64,000 bases of DNA from an uncultured Planctomycetota bacterium (GCA_963823665.1 CAWGMQ010000006.1:64001-128000); one strand, 5' to 3'. Counted from the stretch's first letter, positions 20,275-33,803 are shown. Numbers and translations: made by a program. Notes: generated by a model from the sequence alone, not told the origin.

Positions 20275-20475
20275 TTCCCCCCCTTTAGAAGGGGTGGCAA
20301 GGGGGGGTGCGTGCCGGCGGCCGCCATCACAAAACCGTCGCGCAACAGAAAACGCCGAATCGTAGGGCCGACACTCTTGTCGGCCGTTTCGTTCGAGCGT
20401 GGGCGCGTGGGAAGCGGAAGACGCACTTTCGCGGAGCGAAAGGCGACTTTCGTACCCGCGTGGGCGCGTGGGAAC
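20275..20475. repeat. Stack of different REP-like elements in front of the array
   Basis: CCCCCCCTTTAGAAGGGG hairpin (related copy ~47093-47125); GTAG-GGCCGAC-actctt-GTCGGCC at 20362-20385; 20-bp repeat at 20428; GTGGGCGCGTGGGAA twice. Confidence 0.7.
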
Positions 20476-20688
20476 CACTGTATGATGAGAGGCGTCAGAT
20501 TGGTGGAGTCCGTGACGGATTGAGCCAGCGCGGAAGCAGCCGAGTATGGCCCTGGCCGATGACGCTAATCCCGATACGCGATTGACGGGCTCAGAGGAGC
20601 ACCGGGCCGAGCGCGATCGACAACGCGGCTCGTTTTTCGCGCGCCGGGCTGAATTCGTGCGCGAAGGCGCGCGGCGATTCGCGTCGCC

Positions 20689-23600
20689 GTGATTTCGGTC
20701 GCCGCCACGCTCTTCGTGGTCGCGGTGTCGGTCGTGGGTTGGTGGCTCCATGGGCAGTGGCGCAGCGGGCGAGTCGAACTGACGACCGAGGGAGAGCCGG
20801 TCGTCGTGCAGGTGCTCGCGGAGGATTCCGACACGGTGATCGGCGAGTCGTTTGATCTGGCCACGCGCGCGGTCGTGGAGCTTCCGGAGGGGGATTACCG
20901 GCTGCGGGTGAATGGAGAAGGGCGCCTGGGGCGGACGTTTCGGTTCGCGGTCAATCGAGGGGAGACGCTCGCGCATTCGGTTTCGATTGATGAGGGGCGT
21001 TTGCTTGGGGGAGAACCGGGCGAAGGAAGCGAGCCGGCGACGCGGCGCCACGAGCGGTGGATTCCGTTCGAGCGGGCGACAACCGCGCTCGAGCTGGAAC
21101 CTGGGATCTGGCATTTCGTGCAGTGGTCGGCTCGATCGCTCTGTTGCCGCGATGGTCGGACGGGTGCGGTTTTATGGGATGCGCTTCATCCGGCCCAGGC
21201 GTTTGACGAAGGGCGGGACCCGGCGCCGTCGCTTCGCAGCTTTTCCGGGGACACGGACGGAGCCGGACCGCCGAATATCGAACGGATGCAGGTTTTCGAG
21301 CGCGCGTACGACTTCAACGGCGACGGCACGGGCGATGTGCTGTGCTCTTTCCAGGAATCCGCGGCGTTCGTCGCGCTCTCGGGCAAGGACGGGTCACTGC
21401 TCTGGGACCATCTCACTTCAATCGACGGCCTGCCTCGAGCAAAGGAAGCGCTCTCAGAGTCGAAGACCAACATGCGCAGACCGGCGAAATTGGAAACGCT
21501 CCTCGGTGAGGCCGCGGTGGGCGATCTTGACGGCGACGGCCGCGCGGACCTGGTCGCCACGGTCGTATCCACCGGTTGGCATACCGTGATCCAGCCACCC
21601 AGGGCGGGATCGGGGAATCAGCAGGTCCAGACGGAAGTGCAACACTATCGCCGCGCCATCGTGGCGATCTCCGGCAGCTCGGGTCTCGGTCTCTGGCGAT
21701 ATGTGGTCGATGAGACGCCCAATGACCTGCCGAGACGCGCCTCCATTCCTCCAGGCGGGTCTGCATTGCTCGTCGACGACGGGGGATCGCCTCTCGTCGC
21801 GTTTGTCGACGATACGAAGTGGCTGGGGCTGGACCCGGCGACGGGCAAGCTGCGGCTTGGGCCGATTGAGCTTGGTATGGTTCCTAAGCGTCCCGTAAAG
21901 CATGTTGACCTGGATGGCGATGGTGAGCCCGAGATCGTTGCGCTCGGACCTGGCTTGCGCGCGGCCAGGCGCGGGTGAGCGCGATCTCGATCAAGACCGG
22001 TCGGGAGCTGTGGGCAGAGGACGTCGAGAACGTCTACGTTCAGTCCAACCGTGACTTGTCTGCGCCGGACTATCCGGTGATCGTCGATCTTGGCGGAGAG
22101 GGAGGGCCAGGGATCGTGGTCGCCGATTCGGGGACGATGCCACCGGGGGTGGGATACCGTGGCGTGCGTCTGATCGACGGGCGCACCGGGACGACTCGCT
22201 GGCGGCGTCCGTTACGGCCGCAGACGATCGGCAAGGATGGGCTCGCCCAGATCATCGCGGCGCCAGATCTCGATGGCGATGGAACGCGGGATGTGGTGAC
22301 TGTCTCGCTGTTCGACGGGAGAAATCCACCGGCCATCCGTCAGCCGCTCGCGGAGGAGCCGCAGCGAATTTATGTCGACGCGCTGTCGGGACGGGACGGC
22401 CGTGTTCTGTGGTGGTGGAAAGTCGATGGACCGATGTGGGGAATGACGGGAATCGGGAAGCCGGCGTGGTGGGGGCGCGGATCGGATGGATGGCCGCTTC
22501 TGGCTGTGCTGCTCGGTGCGCCGCGTCACGAAGGGCTGCCGAACCGGGTGGAATATGACGTTCCGAGACAGTCCAACGTTCACTTGCTGGAAGCGTCCAC
22601 CGGGCGGGTGCAGCATCGGGTGACCGGGCTGGCACAAGCGAGTTTTGCCGACCTGGACGGAGACGGGCGGGAGGACCTTTGGGGAGAGTGCGAAGGGGAG
22701 CTGCGAGCTTTTCGCGGCGAGGCGCCTGAGGCCTGGCGGGCCCTGGGCTCGTTCCGGCCGGCCGGGCGTTCCGGGGAGACACCCGATCGCGCAGAAGGTA
22801 GGGCGGTGGATCTTGACGGCGATGGGACGAGCGACACGCTCATCGTGGCCGTGCAGGCACCGGGGGCCTGGCGCCTCCAGGCGACGGGCACCCACACATC
22901 GTTGGCGCGCTCCGGAAGCGACGGGCACTTGATCTGGAAGACTGTGATCGATCCCTTGCAGAACTGGCTCGATCCCAACAGCGGCGAATCTTACCACTTG
23001 AGGGTATTTCCGTTGCCTGAAGGCGACTTCGACCGCGACGGCACGCCCGACGTGATTGTGTGGCGCGACGGGCGCCGGGGGGCGAGCCCGAAGATTCGCC
23101 GCGGTCGGGTGATGGGGGTGATTCAAGTGATCTCGGGGCGCAGCGGCGTCAAGCTGTGGTCGGCCGAAACATCGCGGCTGGAGCTGGAGGGCGAAGACTA
23201 CTCGAGTGGCGTGTGGATGGGTGCCCGCGCGGTCGAGCGGGGCGCGGTGGCGGATTTATTCGTGAGGCACACCACCGACAGGCAAAGGGTCATCAGGGCG
23301 GCGGCGATGGCTGGTGTGATCGGGAAGCCGAAGCTGGCGCGGATCTCGGGAAGGGACGGGCGCGTGTTGTGGGATGTGATCCTGGAAGATCAACCGAGCT
23401 GGGACTCGCTTAAACCGGACGCACCGCTTGGGGTTGATGATTTCGACGGTGACGGCGGCCTCGACGCGCTGTTCGAGCTGCCGCGATCTCTTCCGGGCGG
23501 TGGGCCCGAGAAGAGGTTGGTTGCCCTGTCGTTGCGCGATGGGAGGCGCCTCTGGTCGCGAGAGATCAGGACGGATGCAAGCGGTCGATTCGTGGCCTGC

Positions 23601-24914
23601 GCGGGCGACATTGATGGAGACAAGCGGCCGGAAGTGTTGGTCCTGGAAGTGTTCAAGCGCGAGCGCACTGGCCACGCTGAGCTGGAGGTTCTGGCGCTCG
23701 GCGGCGGCGACGGAAAACCGAAATGGACCTGGAATGCAGACAAGTCCTTCCTTGGGGATAACGAGTGGCAATCGATGGTGCTTGCGGACTTCGGAGGGGT
23801 TGGAACAAGAGACGTGTGCGCGACGTTCGTGCTGCAAGATGGGACGCGCCGGGTCATTGTCCTCGATGGGAATGGCAGGGAGCGGGCGCGGCGCGATGAG
23901 GGCACGGCTGTGGTCCAGGCGTTCGAGGCGGTTGACCTGGACGGCGATGGGCGGGATGAGTTGGTCGTAGAAGACGAGAATCGCGTGTGCGTGTGGGACG
24001 CTGCGCTCAAGGACGTCTGGTCGCGGGCGACGCATGGTCGGGCGGTTCAGCGGGTTTTGCAGGGAGCTCGCGGCGAGCCTGGCGCAGTCGTGATTGCGCC
24101 GGCGCTCTCGCTCGACGGAAAAACGGGCCAGCCGCGATGGACCGGCCAGGATCCGCTGTTCGTGCAGGAGGATCGACCGGCGGTGACAATTCTTGATCCG
24201 GGCACCCTGACGCGGCGGCCACGATTCCTCGAGGAACGCGGTGAGTCGACGGTCTGTCGCCTGGCGATGGCGACGACGCCCGACGGCGCCTTGGCCGCGG
24301 CTGCTGGGAAGCCAGTCCAGGCGCGATCGGTCGATGACGACCCGCGCTGGAGGAGGCTGTTGCCGTGGGTTCCGAAGCTGAAAGGGGCATTCGGGCCCTG
24401 GGGTCTTGTCGCTGCGGGCGGGCTTGCTTTCGTTAACCTGGGAATTCCGGTGTTTGTGCTTTGGCTGGCGGGTGGCCGGCGGAAGGCATTCCGCATTCGC
24501 ACGCTCATGGCGCTGCCGATTGCCGCCGTGATTCCGCTGATGGGGTATCTGACGATTGGACCTTGGCTGCCCGTCGGATCAGGGCGATTGCTGGCGACGG
24601 AGGGGAGGGTGTTTCTCGCTGGGACAGTCGGCGGAGTGCCGGTCGTGTTGTACGTGACGTGGATGGTGGTAGGCGCGATCCGCCGGCGGTACACGGATGT
24701 GCTTGCGCTCGTGGCGCTCACGGGATTGGCGACGCTGGCGGTTGCGGGAGGGTGGATCTGGCTTGATTCGAGGTCGAAGGTGGGGCTCGAGCATTATGGG
24801 TGGGACGGCTGGGAGGTGGTCGTGATGGTCGGAGCGTATGGTGCCGCGGCGTTGTGGGGAGCGCGGAGAGGGATGTTGGGAGGTTACAAGTGGATGAGGG
24901 GGCGACGGGCGTGA
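20689..24914 (+). CDS. Array copy 1: membrane protein with FG-GAP/VCBS-like DxDGDG propeller repeats; frameshift near 21965
   Basis: ORFs 20689..21978 and 21975..24914 align colinearly with intact copy 2. Start uncertain. Confidence 0.85.
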
Positions 24915-24945
24915 GGAACGCTCCTTCGCGGAGCGAAAGGCGACT

Positions 24946-27900
24946 ATGATCATCGCGAGACTTCGGGCGATCGCGGATCGAGCCCGCCGGTTGGATTCGC
25001 GAAACCGGCGATGGATTGGGATTGTCTACGCGCTGGGTGGCGTGGTGGTGACGCTGCTCGCGATTGCGGGATGGCGGATTTATGCGGGGTGGCGTACGGG
25101 GCGGGTCGAATTCACGACCGAAGGTGATCCGGTGGTTGTGCAGGTGCTCGCGGAGGATTCTGACACTCCGATCGGCGAGCCGTTTGATCTGGCGACGCGG
25201 GCTGTTGTGGAGCTTCCGGAGGGGGATTACCGGCTGCGGGTGAATGGGAAGGGGCGGCTGGGGCGGACGTTTCGGTTTGCGGTTAATCGGGGCGAAACTC
25301 TGGGTCCCGCGATTTCGATTGATGATGGGAGGTTGCTCGGCGGCGATTCGGTCGAACTGGGCCTCTTCGGCTACCGGCACCGCGAAGTGCGAATTCCGTT
25401 TCCGCAGGTGATCGCGGCACTTGAGCTTGAACCGGGAAGGGCCAGTCTCATGGAATGGGCTGAGGGATCATTGATCCGGCGCGACGGTGCGACGGGAAAG
25501 GTTGATTGGGATGTATTTCACCCGGTCAGGGCGTTTGGCGAGGGAGATGATCCGGTGCCGATCTTGCGCGCCTTCACAGATGAATACGGCGAGAGGCGAA
25601 TTCTGGAGCAAGCAAGCGACCTCGACGGCGATGGCACGCGTGACCTGCTGTGCTGCTTTCCGGGCGCCGCCGCCTTCATCGCACTTTCCGGCAAGGACGG
25701 CTCGATGCTCTGGAATCATCTCGTCGGGGTCGACGGTGCCTCTCGAAAGTCGGGCTTGCTTCCGGGAAGGATGGATGACGCGGGACCGCCTGGACAGCCG
25801 GAGGAGCTCGTCGGTGAGCCCGCATTCGGAGATTTGGACGGCGATGGGGTTGCGGATTTCATCGCCACAACAATATCCGTTGCGCGGTACGCCGGGAATG
25901 AGTCAGCACAAGCTGACTCCAAGAAAGAGTCTACGGTTGTGGACACCCAGCGCTACCGGCGTACGGTCGTTGCGCTTTCCGGTAAGACACGCCGCAGCCT
26001 CTGGCGATACGCCGTCGACGCGACGCCGCGTGAGCTGCCGCGCGCGGTTCCGGACCTGAGCCAACCCACGTTGCTCGCGCGTAGCCGGGATTCGACGCTC
26101 GTGGCTGTTGTCGACGAAGCGAAATGGGTGGGGCTGGACGCGGCGACCGGGAAGCTGCGAGTCGGGCCGATCGAGCTGGGGCAACGTCCGGAACGCGCCG
26201 TTCTCTATCCCGATCTCGATGGCGATGGCGAGCCGGAGATCCTGACGCTTGGACCTGGCCCTACCCGCGGTCAGCGGAGGGTCAACGCGATTTCGATGAA
26301 GGATGGGAGGGAACTATGGGCGCGGGTCGTGGATGAGGGATATGACCAGTCGCGAATGGGTGTGCCACTTGCGGATTATCCGCTGGTCCTGGATCTCGAC
26401 AACGAGGGAGTGATCGGAATCGTCGTGGCGGACTCGGGGGCGATGGCGCGTGGTGCGGCGTATCGGGGTGTGCGACTGATCGACGGTCGCACGGGTGTGA
26501 CCCGCTGGCGCCGGCCGATGCGTCCCCAGGCGGCGGGAACGGACGGGGTCGCCCAGTTGATCGCTGCGCCGGATCTCGATGGCGACGGGATGAATGATCT
26601 GGTGAGCGTCTCGCTGTTCGACGGGAGGACTCCTGCGGCGACGATTCAGCCGGTGCTGAAGGAGCCGCGCCGCGTGTATGTCGACGCGATCTCGGGCAGA
26701 GACGGCCGGGCGCTCTGGTGGTGGAAGGTCGACGTACCGGTTGTGGGAACGGCGCGGATATGGAAGCCCGCTTGGTGGGGACGCGGAGGGGATGGCTGGC
26801 CCTTACTCGCGGTGCCGGTGGGTGGGCAACGCCGGGAAGGGCTTCCGCTCCAGGTGCATCTGGACCCACCGATTCCGGCCAACGTTCATTTGCTCGAAGC
26901 ATCCACGGGGAAAGAAGTGCATCGCGTGATGGGGTTTTCACACGCGCGGTTTGCGGACCTGGACGGAGACGGTATGGCAGACCTCTGGGGAAACTCCGAC
27001 GGCGAGCTGCGAGCGTTTCGCGGCGAGGCATCGGAGGCGTGGCGGGCGCTGGGCCTTTTCAAGGTCGCGGATTCGACCGACTACGCCGTCGAAACCTGCC
27101 GGGATGCGGTCGTCGATTTTGATGGTGACGGGGTCTCGGATGCACTGATCATCGCTGTGCATGCGCCGGGCGACTGGGGGAACGAGACGACTGGGAGCCA
27201 TACAGCAGTGGCCCGGTCAGGTCGTGATGGGCGCACGATCTGGAAGACGGTGGTCGATCCGCGTGAAAGCTGGCTCGCGCCCAATAGCGGGGATTTTTAT
27301 CAGGTCCGTGCATTTCCGTTGCCGGAAGGCGATATCGACGGAGATGGCACGCCTGACGTGATCGTCAGCCGCATGATTCATCCTGGAGGGAGCAAGGGCA
27401 TTCGCCGCGACGACGCGAAGCTGCCGATCAAGCTTCTTTCGGGCCGCACCGGCGCGCGACTCTGGTCGGCAGGAACGTCACCGCTGGGATTCCAGGCACA
27501 ACGCGACTCGACGTACCTGTCTCTCTGTGCTCGCGCAGTCGAGCCGAAGGGCATGCCGGATTTGTTCGTGAAGCACAACAGCTCCACAGGCACGGTTGCT
27601 TTGGCGAACGGAAAAGGGGGCGCGATCGAGACGCCGTGCCTGGCGCGGATTTCGGGACGCGACGGGCGCGTAATATGGGATGTGGCGTTTGAAGAACAAC
27701 TGCGCGCGGCGTCCTTGAGACCTGGCTCGGGGACTCGTTTCGATGACCTCGATGGTGACGGCGGGCTCGACATGCTGATCGGTCTGCCGCGTTCGTATCC
27801 TGATCGCGAGGATGAAAACAAATTGATTGCCATCTCGCTGCGTGACGGCAAGCGGCTCTGGTCGCGATTGCTCCAGTTGGATTGGACTTCTGGGTTTGCT

Positions 27901-29211
27901 GCCTGCATCGGCGATTTCAACGGCGACGAGCGAAAGGAGGTCGTGATCGCGGACGTCGTCGAACGAGAGGGCGACCGCGCTCGGAGGTTGCAACTCGAGG
28001 CACTGGACGGCCGCGACGGAAAGCCCAAGTGGATCTGGTACGCCGGCCCATGGCTGGGGGAACAGGTTCGAGTGGTGCCTGCGGATTTTGAAGGAAGTGG
28101 CAAGAAAGAGCTGTGCGCCAGCTTCGAGACGCCGGATGAAACGCACCGGATCGTGGTGCTCGACGGCGACGGCAAGGAGCGAGTGCGACGCGACGTGGGC
28201 TCGGGGCGGGTCCGGATGCTCGAGGCTGTCGACCTGGACGGGGACGGACGCGACGAGCTGGTGGTGCAACAAGAGCAGTTGCTCGGCGTCTGGGACCACG
28301 AGCTGAAGGATGTTTGGTCGTATGTGGTGCGGGGACCGGGAACGGTCCAGCGAATGGTACCGGGCCGGCGGGGTGAGCCGGGGATCGTGGTCGTGTCGCC
28401 GGCTGTTGGTCTCGACGGAGCGACTGGCAAGCCGCGATGGATTGGCCAGGCACCGCTGCGAGATTCGGGGCAGCGGGCGGAGCCCAGGATTCTTGACCAC
28501 GGGAACCTGGAACGGCTTCCCCTCTTCATTGAGAATCTCCCAGTATCAACCGTGTGCCGCGTGGGGCTGGCAGCAACACCTGAGGGCGGCTTGCGGGCTC
28601 CTGGAGGCACGGTGGTGAAGGCACGCGAGATTGCCGATGACCAGCGGTGGGCGCGGCCGTTGCCGTGGGTGCGGCGGCTCAAGGGGGCTTTTGGGCCGTG
28701 GGGTTTTCTCGCTGCGGGAGCGCTGGCTTTCGTTAACGTGGCGATTCCTGTGCTCTTTCTCTGGCTTGCGGGTGGGCGGCGACGGTCGTTTCGGATTCGC
28801 TCGCTCATGGCGCTGCCGGTTGCAGTGGCGATACCACTGATGGCATTTCTGACGCTGGCGCCTTGGCTACCCGTGGGGTCGGAGAGCTTGCTGGCGAGCG
28901 AGGAACGAGTGTTTGTGATCGGGACGGTTGCAGGAGTGCCGATCGTGTTGTTTGTGGCGTGCATGGTGGCGGGCGTGATCCGCCGGCGGTGGAGGAGTGT
29001 GGTTGCGCTGGTGGGGCTGGCGGGATTTGCAACGCTGGCGATTGCGGGCGGGTGGGTCTGGCTGGATCGGAGGTCGATGGCGGGGATCGAGCATTATGAG
29101 CGGGAGGGGTGGTGGTTGGTGGTGATGGTGGGAGGATATGTTGCGGCGATGTTGTGGGGGGTGAGGATGGGGATTTTGGGGATGTACAAGATGATGCGGC
29201 GGCAGGCGTGA
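24946..29211 (+). CDS. Array copy 2 (intact, 1,421 aa): N-terminal TM, Ig/PEGA-like module, FG-GAP/PQQ-like repeats, ~5 C-terminal TM helices
   Basis: Many D(L/F)DGDG motifs alternating with ISGxDGxxxW; hydrophobic C-terminal ~170 aa after RWARPLPW. Confidence 0.9.
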   Translation: MIIARLRAIADRARRLDSRNRRWIGIVYALGGVVVTLLAIAGWRIYAGWRTGRVEFTTEGDPVVVQVLAEDSDTPIGEPFDLATRAVVELPEGDYRLRVNGKGRLGRTFRFAVNRGETLGPAISIDDGRLLGGDSVELGLFGYRHREVRIPFPQVIAALELEPGRASLMEWAEGSLIRRDGATGKVDWDVFHPVRAFGEGDDPVPILRAFTDEYGERRILEQASDLDGDGTRDLLCCFPGAAAFIALSGKDGSMLWNHLVGVDGASRKSGLLPGRMDDAGPPGQPEELVGEPAFGDLDGDGVADFIATTISVARYAGNESAQADSKKESTVVDTQRYRRTVVALSGKTRRSLWRYAVDATPRELPRAVPDLSQPTLLARSRDSTLVAVVDEAKWVGLDAATGKLRVGPIELGQRPERAVLYPDLDGDGEPEILTLGPGPTRGQRRVNAISMKDGRELWARVVDEGYDQSRMGVPLADYPLVLDLDNEGVIGIVVADSGAMARGAAYRGVRLIDGRTGVTRWRRPMRPQAAGTDGVAQLIAAPDLDGDGMNDLVSVSLFDGRTPAATIQPVLKEPRRVYVDAISGRDGRALWWWKVDVPVVGTARIWKPAWWGRGGDGWPLLAVPVGGQRREGLPLQVHLDPPIPANVHLLEASTGKEVHRVMGFSHARFADLDGDGMADLWGNSDGELRAFRGEASEAWRALGLFKVADSTDYAVETCRDAVVDFDGDGVSDALIIAVHAPGDWGNETTGSHTAVARSGRDGRTIWKTVVDPRESWLAPNSGDFYQVRAFPLPEGDIDGDGTPDVIVSRMIHPGGSKGIRRDDAKLPIKLLSGRTGARLWSAGTSPLGFQAQRDSTYLSLCARAVEPKGMPDLFVKHNSSTGTVALANGKGGAIETPCLARISGRDGRVIWDVAFEEQLRAASLRPGSGTRFDDLDGDGGLDMLIGLPRSYPDREDENKLIAISLRDGKRLWSRLLQLDWTSGFAACIGDFNGDERKEVVIADVVEREGDRARRLQLEALDGRDGKPKWIWYAGPWLGEQVRVVPADFEGSGKKELCASFETPDETHRIVVLDGDGKERVRRDVGSGRVRMLEAVDLDGDGRDELVVQQEQLLGVWDHELKDVWSYVVRGPGTVQRMVPGRRGEPGIVVVSPAVGLDGATGKPRWIGQAPLRDSGQRAEPRILDHGNLERLPLFIENLPVSTVCRVGLAATPEGGLRAPGGTVVKAREIADDQRWARPLPWVRRLKGAFGPWGFLAAGALAFVNVAIPVLFLWLAGGRRRSFRIRSLMALPVAVAIPLMAFLTLAPWLPVGSESLLASEERVFVIGTVAGVPIVLFVACMVAGVIRRRWRSVVALVGLAGFATLAIAGGWVWLDRRSMAGIEHYEREGWWLVVMVGGYVAAMLWGVRMGILGMYKMMRRQA

Positions 29212-29305
29212 CGGAGGCACTTTCGCGGAGCGAAAGGCGACTATAATCACGGGGTGCGGGCGCGTGGGCGTGGGTTCCCTCTGACGGTGGGGTTCCGAGC
29301 ATCCG

Positions 29306-32300
29306 ATGAACCATCGAGATGACAGCGAGACGGCAGATCGAGGCGGGGGATTGGCTTCGGCGATTCGGCGACGGAGGCTGAGGATTCGCGATGGCGTGCG
29401 CGGGGCGGCGGTGATGATGGCGCTCGTGGCGGTGGGGGCCGGCGGATGGATGGGCTATGGGCGGTGGCGAGCGGGTGAGATCGAGCTGCGCACCGAGGGG
29501 GCGCCGCTCGTGGTGCAGGTGCTCGATGTGACTTCGGATGCGCCGATCGGCGAGCCGATTGATCTGGTTGATCGGGCTATTTTGACGCTGCCTGATGGGG
29601 AATACCGGCTGCGAGTTACCGGGAAGGGGCGAGTCGGGCGGACGTATCGGTTTGCCGTGAATCGTGGGGAGCGGCAGTTGCATTCGATCTCACTCGATGA
29701 GGGACGATTGCTCGGGGGTGAGCCGGCACCGCCGAAACCAATGGAGAAGAACTGGCGGCACGTGCCGATTCTGTTTGCGACAGTGACGGCCGCGCTCGAG
29801 CTCGAGCCCGGGAAGGCGGATTTCATCCAGTGGTCGAATGGATCGCTGGTCCGGCGCGACGGCTCGAGCGGCAAGGTGCTCTGGGACGCGTTTCATCCCG
29901 CCAGCGCGTTCGAACGCAAGCGCGACCCGGGGCAGTGGTTTCCGGGCAAGTCGCCTGACGAAAACACGGGCGAGCTGATGGAGACCGCTGCTGAATTCGA
30001 CGGCGATGGCACGAAGGACATGCTGTGGTACTTCCGGGAGAAGTCGCTGTTTCTGGCACTCTCGGGCAAGGATGGCTCGCTGCTCTGGCATCACGTCGCC
30101 GAGCTCGAGCGTGCCGGAGCCGATGGTCCCGGAGCGGCGAAGTCGAATATCCGCGAGAGCGAGATTGCCGGCAAACCGGCGATGATGGACGTCGATCACG
30201 ATGGCGCTGCGGACATCGTCGCGACGGTCCTGTTCGGCGAATCGGCCGAGGAGGCCAAGCGGCGCATCGCGGAGACTGGGGATGACGCTAGCAAGACTGA
30301 ACCGAGGTTCTTTCGGCGTGTCGTGATGGCGATCTCGGGCAAATCGGGAGCGCGGCTCTGGAGCTACGCGATCGACAAGGAGTTCACCCTGCCTATGGAC
30401 GAGCTCCGGCAGGCGAAGCCGCCGGCTGAGCTGATGCAAGCCGGGCGCACGAGCTTGATCGCCGTGCTTGACGACGAGAAGTGGCTGGGGCTCGATCCTG
30501 CGACTGGCCGCATGAAGGCAGGACCGATCGACCTGGGGTTCGCCCCGATACGGCAGGTGCCCCATGCGGACCTGGACGGTGACGGAGAACCCGAGGTGCT
30601 GACGCTCGGGTCTGACTCGGCCGGCGTGAGGCAGAATACACTGCGTGCTCACTCGAGCAAGACCGGGGAACTGTGGTCGCAGGAGATCGGCAGCGCGTAC
30701 CACGTGGGCACTGTGAACGCCTTTGAAAGGCGATTCAAGCGTCGTCCCATTTTCCCCGCCTGCTTGCTGATCGCGGACCTCGACGGCGATGGGCGTCCGG
30801 AGATCGTGGTTGCCGACACCGGGCCGATGCCGCCGCTTGACGGCAGCCGGGGGGTGCGGCTGATTGATGGCGCCACGGGCCAGTTGCGCTGGCGGCGGCC
30901 GATGCGGGTGGAGACCACGGCCGAGGATGGAATGGCGCACATCGTGGCGGCGCCGGACCTCGACGGCGACGGCATGCGCGACGTGATCACGGTGTCGCAA
31001 TATGACGGCAGGAATCCGTTAATCAACTGGCCTCAGGAGCCAGATGAGCCGGCGGCAGTTTTCGTGGATGCATTTTCCGGAAAAGACGGCCGGCCGCTCT
31101 GGTGGTGGTGTGTGGATTTGCCGGCCGATCGATTCACGCGGATTGCGGCACCCGTGTGGTGGGGCCGCGGAAGTGACGGCTGGCCGCTCCTTGCGGTTGC
31201 GCTGGGTGGGATTGATCCCGATGAGGAGGACTCGTTCGGCCGGTCGTATCAGGTGTCCGCGCCGGTCGTGCATCTTCTCGAGGCATCGACGGGGAAGGAA
31301 CAACACGCGGTGATCGGGCTGACGAACGCGAGCGTGGCCGATTTGAACGGCGACGGACTTGCCGATCTTTGGGGTGAGGTTGGTGGTGAGCTGCGCGCGT
31401 TCCGGGGCGAAGCGCCGGAAGCCTGGCGAGCCCTGGGTCAATTCGAGCCGGCCGGGGCGATCGATCGGAGCGTGGGGATTCGCGGGAGAGGCGCGGTCGA
31501 TTTCGATCGGGATGGAATCGCGGACACCCTGGTCAGCGAGCTGGCGGCGCCGGGTACTCAAGACCATCGCACGACGGGCAGCCGCACGGCTGTTGCTCGC
31601 TCGGGCCGGGATGGGCATCTGATCTGGAAGGCCTCGATCGATCCGCGCGAGCTGGTTCGAGCCGAAGAGTGGAGACCGGTATGTGCTTCGCGCATTCCCA
31701 CCACCTGCGGGTGATCTGAATGGAGACGGCGTCGGCGACGTGATTGTGAAGAAGCGGTCGGGGCTTCGCGGTTTCCCGAGTGAGCGGGAATTCACGGTCG
31801 CGATCGAGGCGATTAACGGTCGCAACGGCGCCAGGTTGTGGTCAGCAAGCGTGCCATCTTTGGATATGCTTTCTGTCGATAAGATGACCGACTGGCTCGA
31901 GCCGCGGGTGATCGAAACCAACGGCGCGCCCGACTTGATCGTGCGCCGAGATAGCGGCAACGCCGGGCACCTCGCGCGGCTCTCGGGCCGCGACGGCCGA
32001 ACGCGGTGGGAGACCCGTGTATCCGATGAAGCAACGACTATGGTTCAACCCATGCGTCTGCGTTTGTTTGACGACCTCGACGGCGATGGCGCGCTCGATG
32101 CCCTTGTCGTGTTTCCGCATTCCACGCCGGAGGGTCAGATTGAACACACGATGATGGCGGTTTCGCTTCGCGATGGGAAGCAATTGTGGTCGCAGCCTCT
32201 TCGGTTCCTGGACCGTGTGATGATGCTCGGCGATGTCTGCGTGGGCGACCTTGATGGAGACAAACGGCCCGAGGTCGTCGCTCTCGAGGGGACTGGGGAG

Positions 32301-33672
32301 GATGGCAAGAACGAGCTGGGAGTGCGCGTTTTCGACGGGCGAGACGGGAAGGTTCGCTGGGCGTGGACGTCGGGTTTCGTGCCGAATGAGACTCCGGCTG
32401 GACAGTCGATCGTGCTGGCGAATCTCGATGGGGACGGTAAGCGGCAAGTGTGCGTGAGCTTTGTGACGCGGCGGCTGTTCGGAATCTCGCGCCGGGTGGT
32501 GGTGCTGGATGGCAGCGGCAAGGAAAGGAAGCGCCGTGACATGGCGGAGGCCGTGCGCAGCGGTCTGGAGGCGTTTGACTGCAACGGTGACGGGCGTGAA
32601 GAGCTGCTGGTGCTGGATGGGGATCTGCCGGAGGGGCGGCTCTGCGCGTGGGACCGTGAGCTGAAGGATCTCTGGACGTGGCCGGCGCGGTCGATCAAGG
32701 CCAAACAGGCCGTATTTGATATGGATGAAATCCAGATGCAGATCGGGCGCGCCAGGATGATTGACCGGGTGATTCCACCGTCGGGTGGGCGGCCGGGTGA
32801 AGTGATCCTGGCGCCGGCGATGGCGGTTCAACTCGCGACCGGGCGGCCGCTGTGGACGGGGCAGGCCGCGATCGTGCCGTCGGCTTCGCTGGATCTTTCA
32901 GCCGCTGCATTTGCGCCCAAGCTGCTGGACCCTGGTGATTCAGGTCGCCCTTCGCTCTTGATCGGGAATGGCCTGGGTGCGACGGTGTGCCGCGAGGCAC
33001 TGCCCACGAACGCTGATGGTTTGATTGCGGCGCCTCGGGGACGGGTGTGGTCGCCCGTGCTTGCGCAGAACGCTGGACCCGCGCTGGACGAGGCCGCTTC
33101 CCTGGCGGGCGTGGCTCGAGGGGTTGTTCGGACCGAGGGCCTTTCTTGCGGCGGGGGGACTGGCACTCGTGAACGTGGTGCTGCCGCTGCTGTTCTTGCG
33201 GCTGGTGATTGGGCGGCGGCGGGCTTTTCGGATGTGGGCGCTGATGGTGGTGCCGGTGGCCGCTGTGGTACCGCTGATGGTTTTTCTCGGGCTGACGCCG
33301 TGGCTGCCGGTGGGGGAGCAGAAGTGGCTGGGCACACAGAATCGAGTGTTTCTGGTTGGGACGCTGGCGGGATTGCCGGTTGTGCTGGGGGTGTGGTGGG
33401 CCGTAGCGGCGGTGGTGCGAGGGACATGGAGACGGATCGCGGCGATGGTTGGGCTTGTGGTGATGGCGACGCTCCTGGTGGCGCGGGTGTGGATCTGGAT
33501 GGATCGGAAGGGGATGGCGCCGATCGAGCGTTATGGGTGGGAAGGGTGGGAGCTGGTGGTGATGGTGGGGGGGTATGGGGCGGCGGTTATTTGGGGGGTG
33601 GGGAGGATGGTGGTTGGGGTTCATGCGTGGGTTCTTCGGAGGAGGGCGTCGGGGGCTGGTGATGGGGTGTGA
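29306..33672 (+). CDS. Array copy 3; frameshifts near 31650 and 33065
   Basis: ORFs 29306..31714, 31683..33662 and 33025..33672 together give the full architecture. Confidence 0.85.
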
Positions 33673-33680
33673 GGGGGGGC

Positions 33681-33726
33681 GGGAGTAGGAGTAGGAGTAG
33701 GAGTAGTAGTAGTAGTAGGAGTAAGA
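33681..33726. repeat. GAGTAG/TAG microsatellite between copies 3 and 4
   Basis: ggagtaggagtaggagtaggagtagtagtagtagtaggagtaag. Confidence 0.85.
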
Positions 33727-33803
33727 TGAAGGACGCGCTTTCGGGGTTGGCGCCGTGAGTGTGGGCGCGGGGACGGGCGCTGAGCAGGGAGGCATTGACT
33801 GTG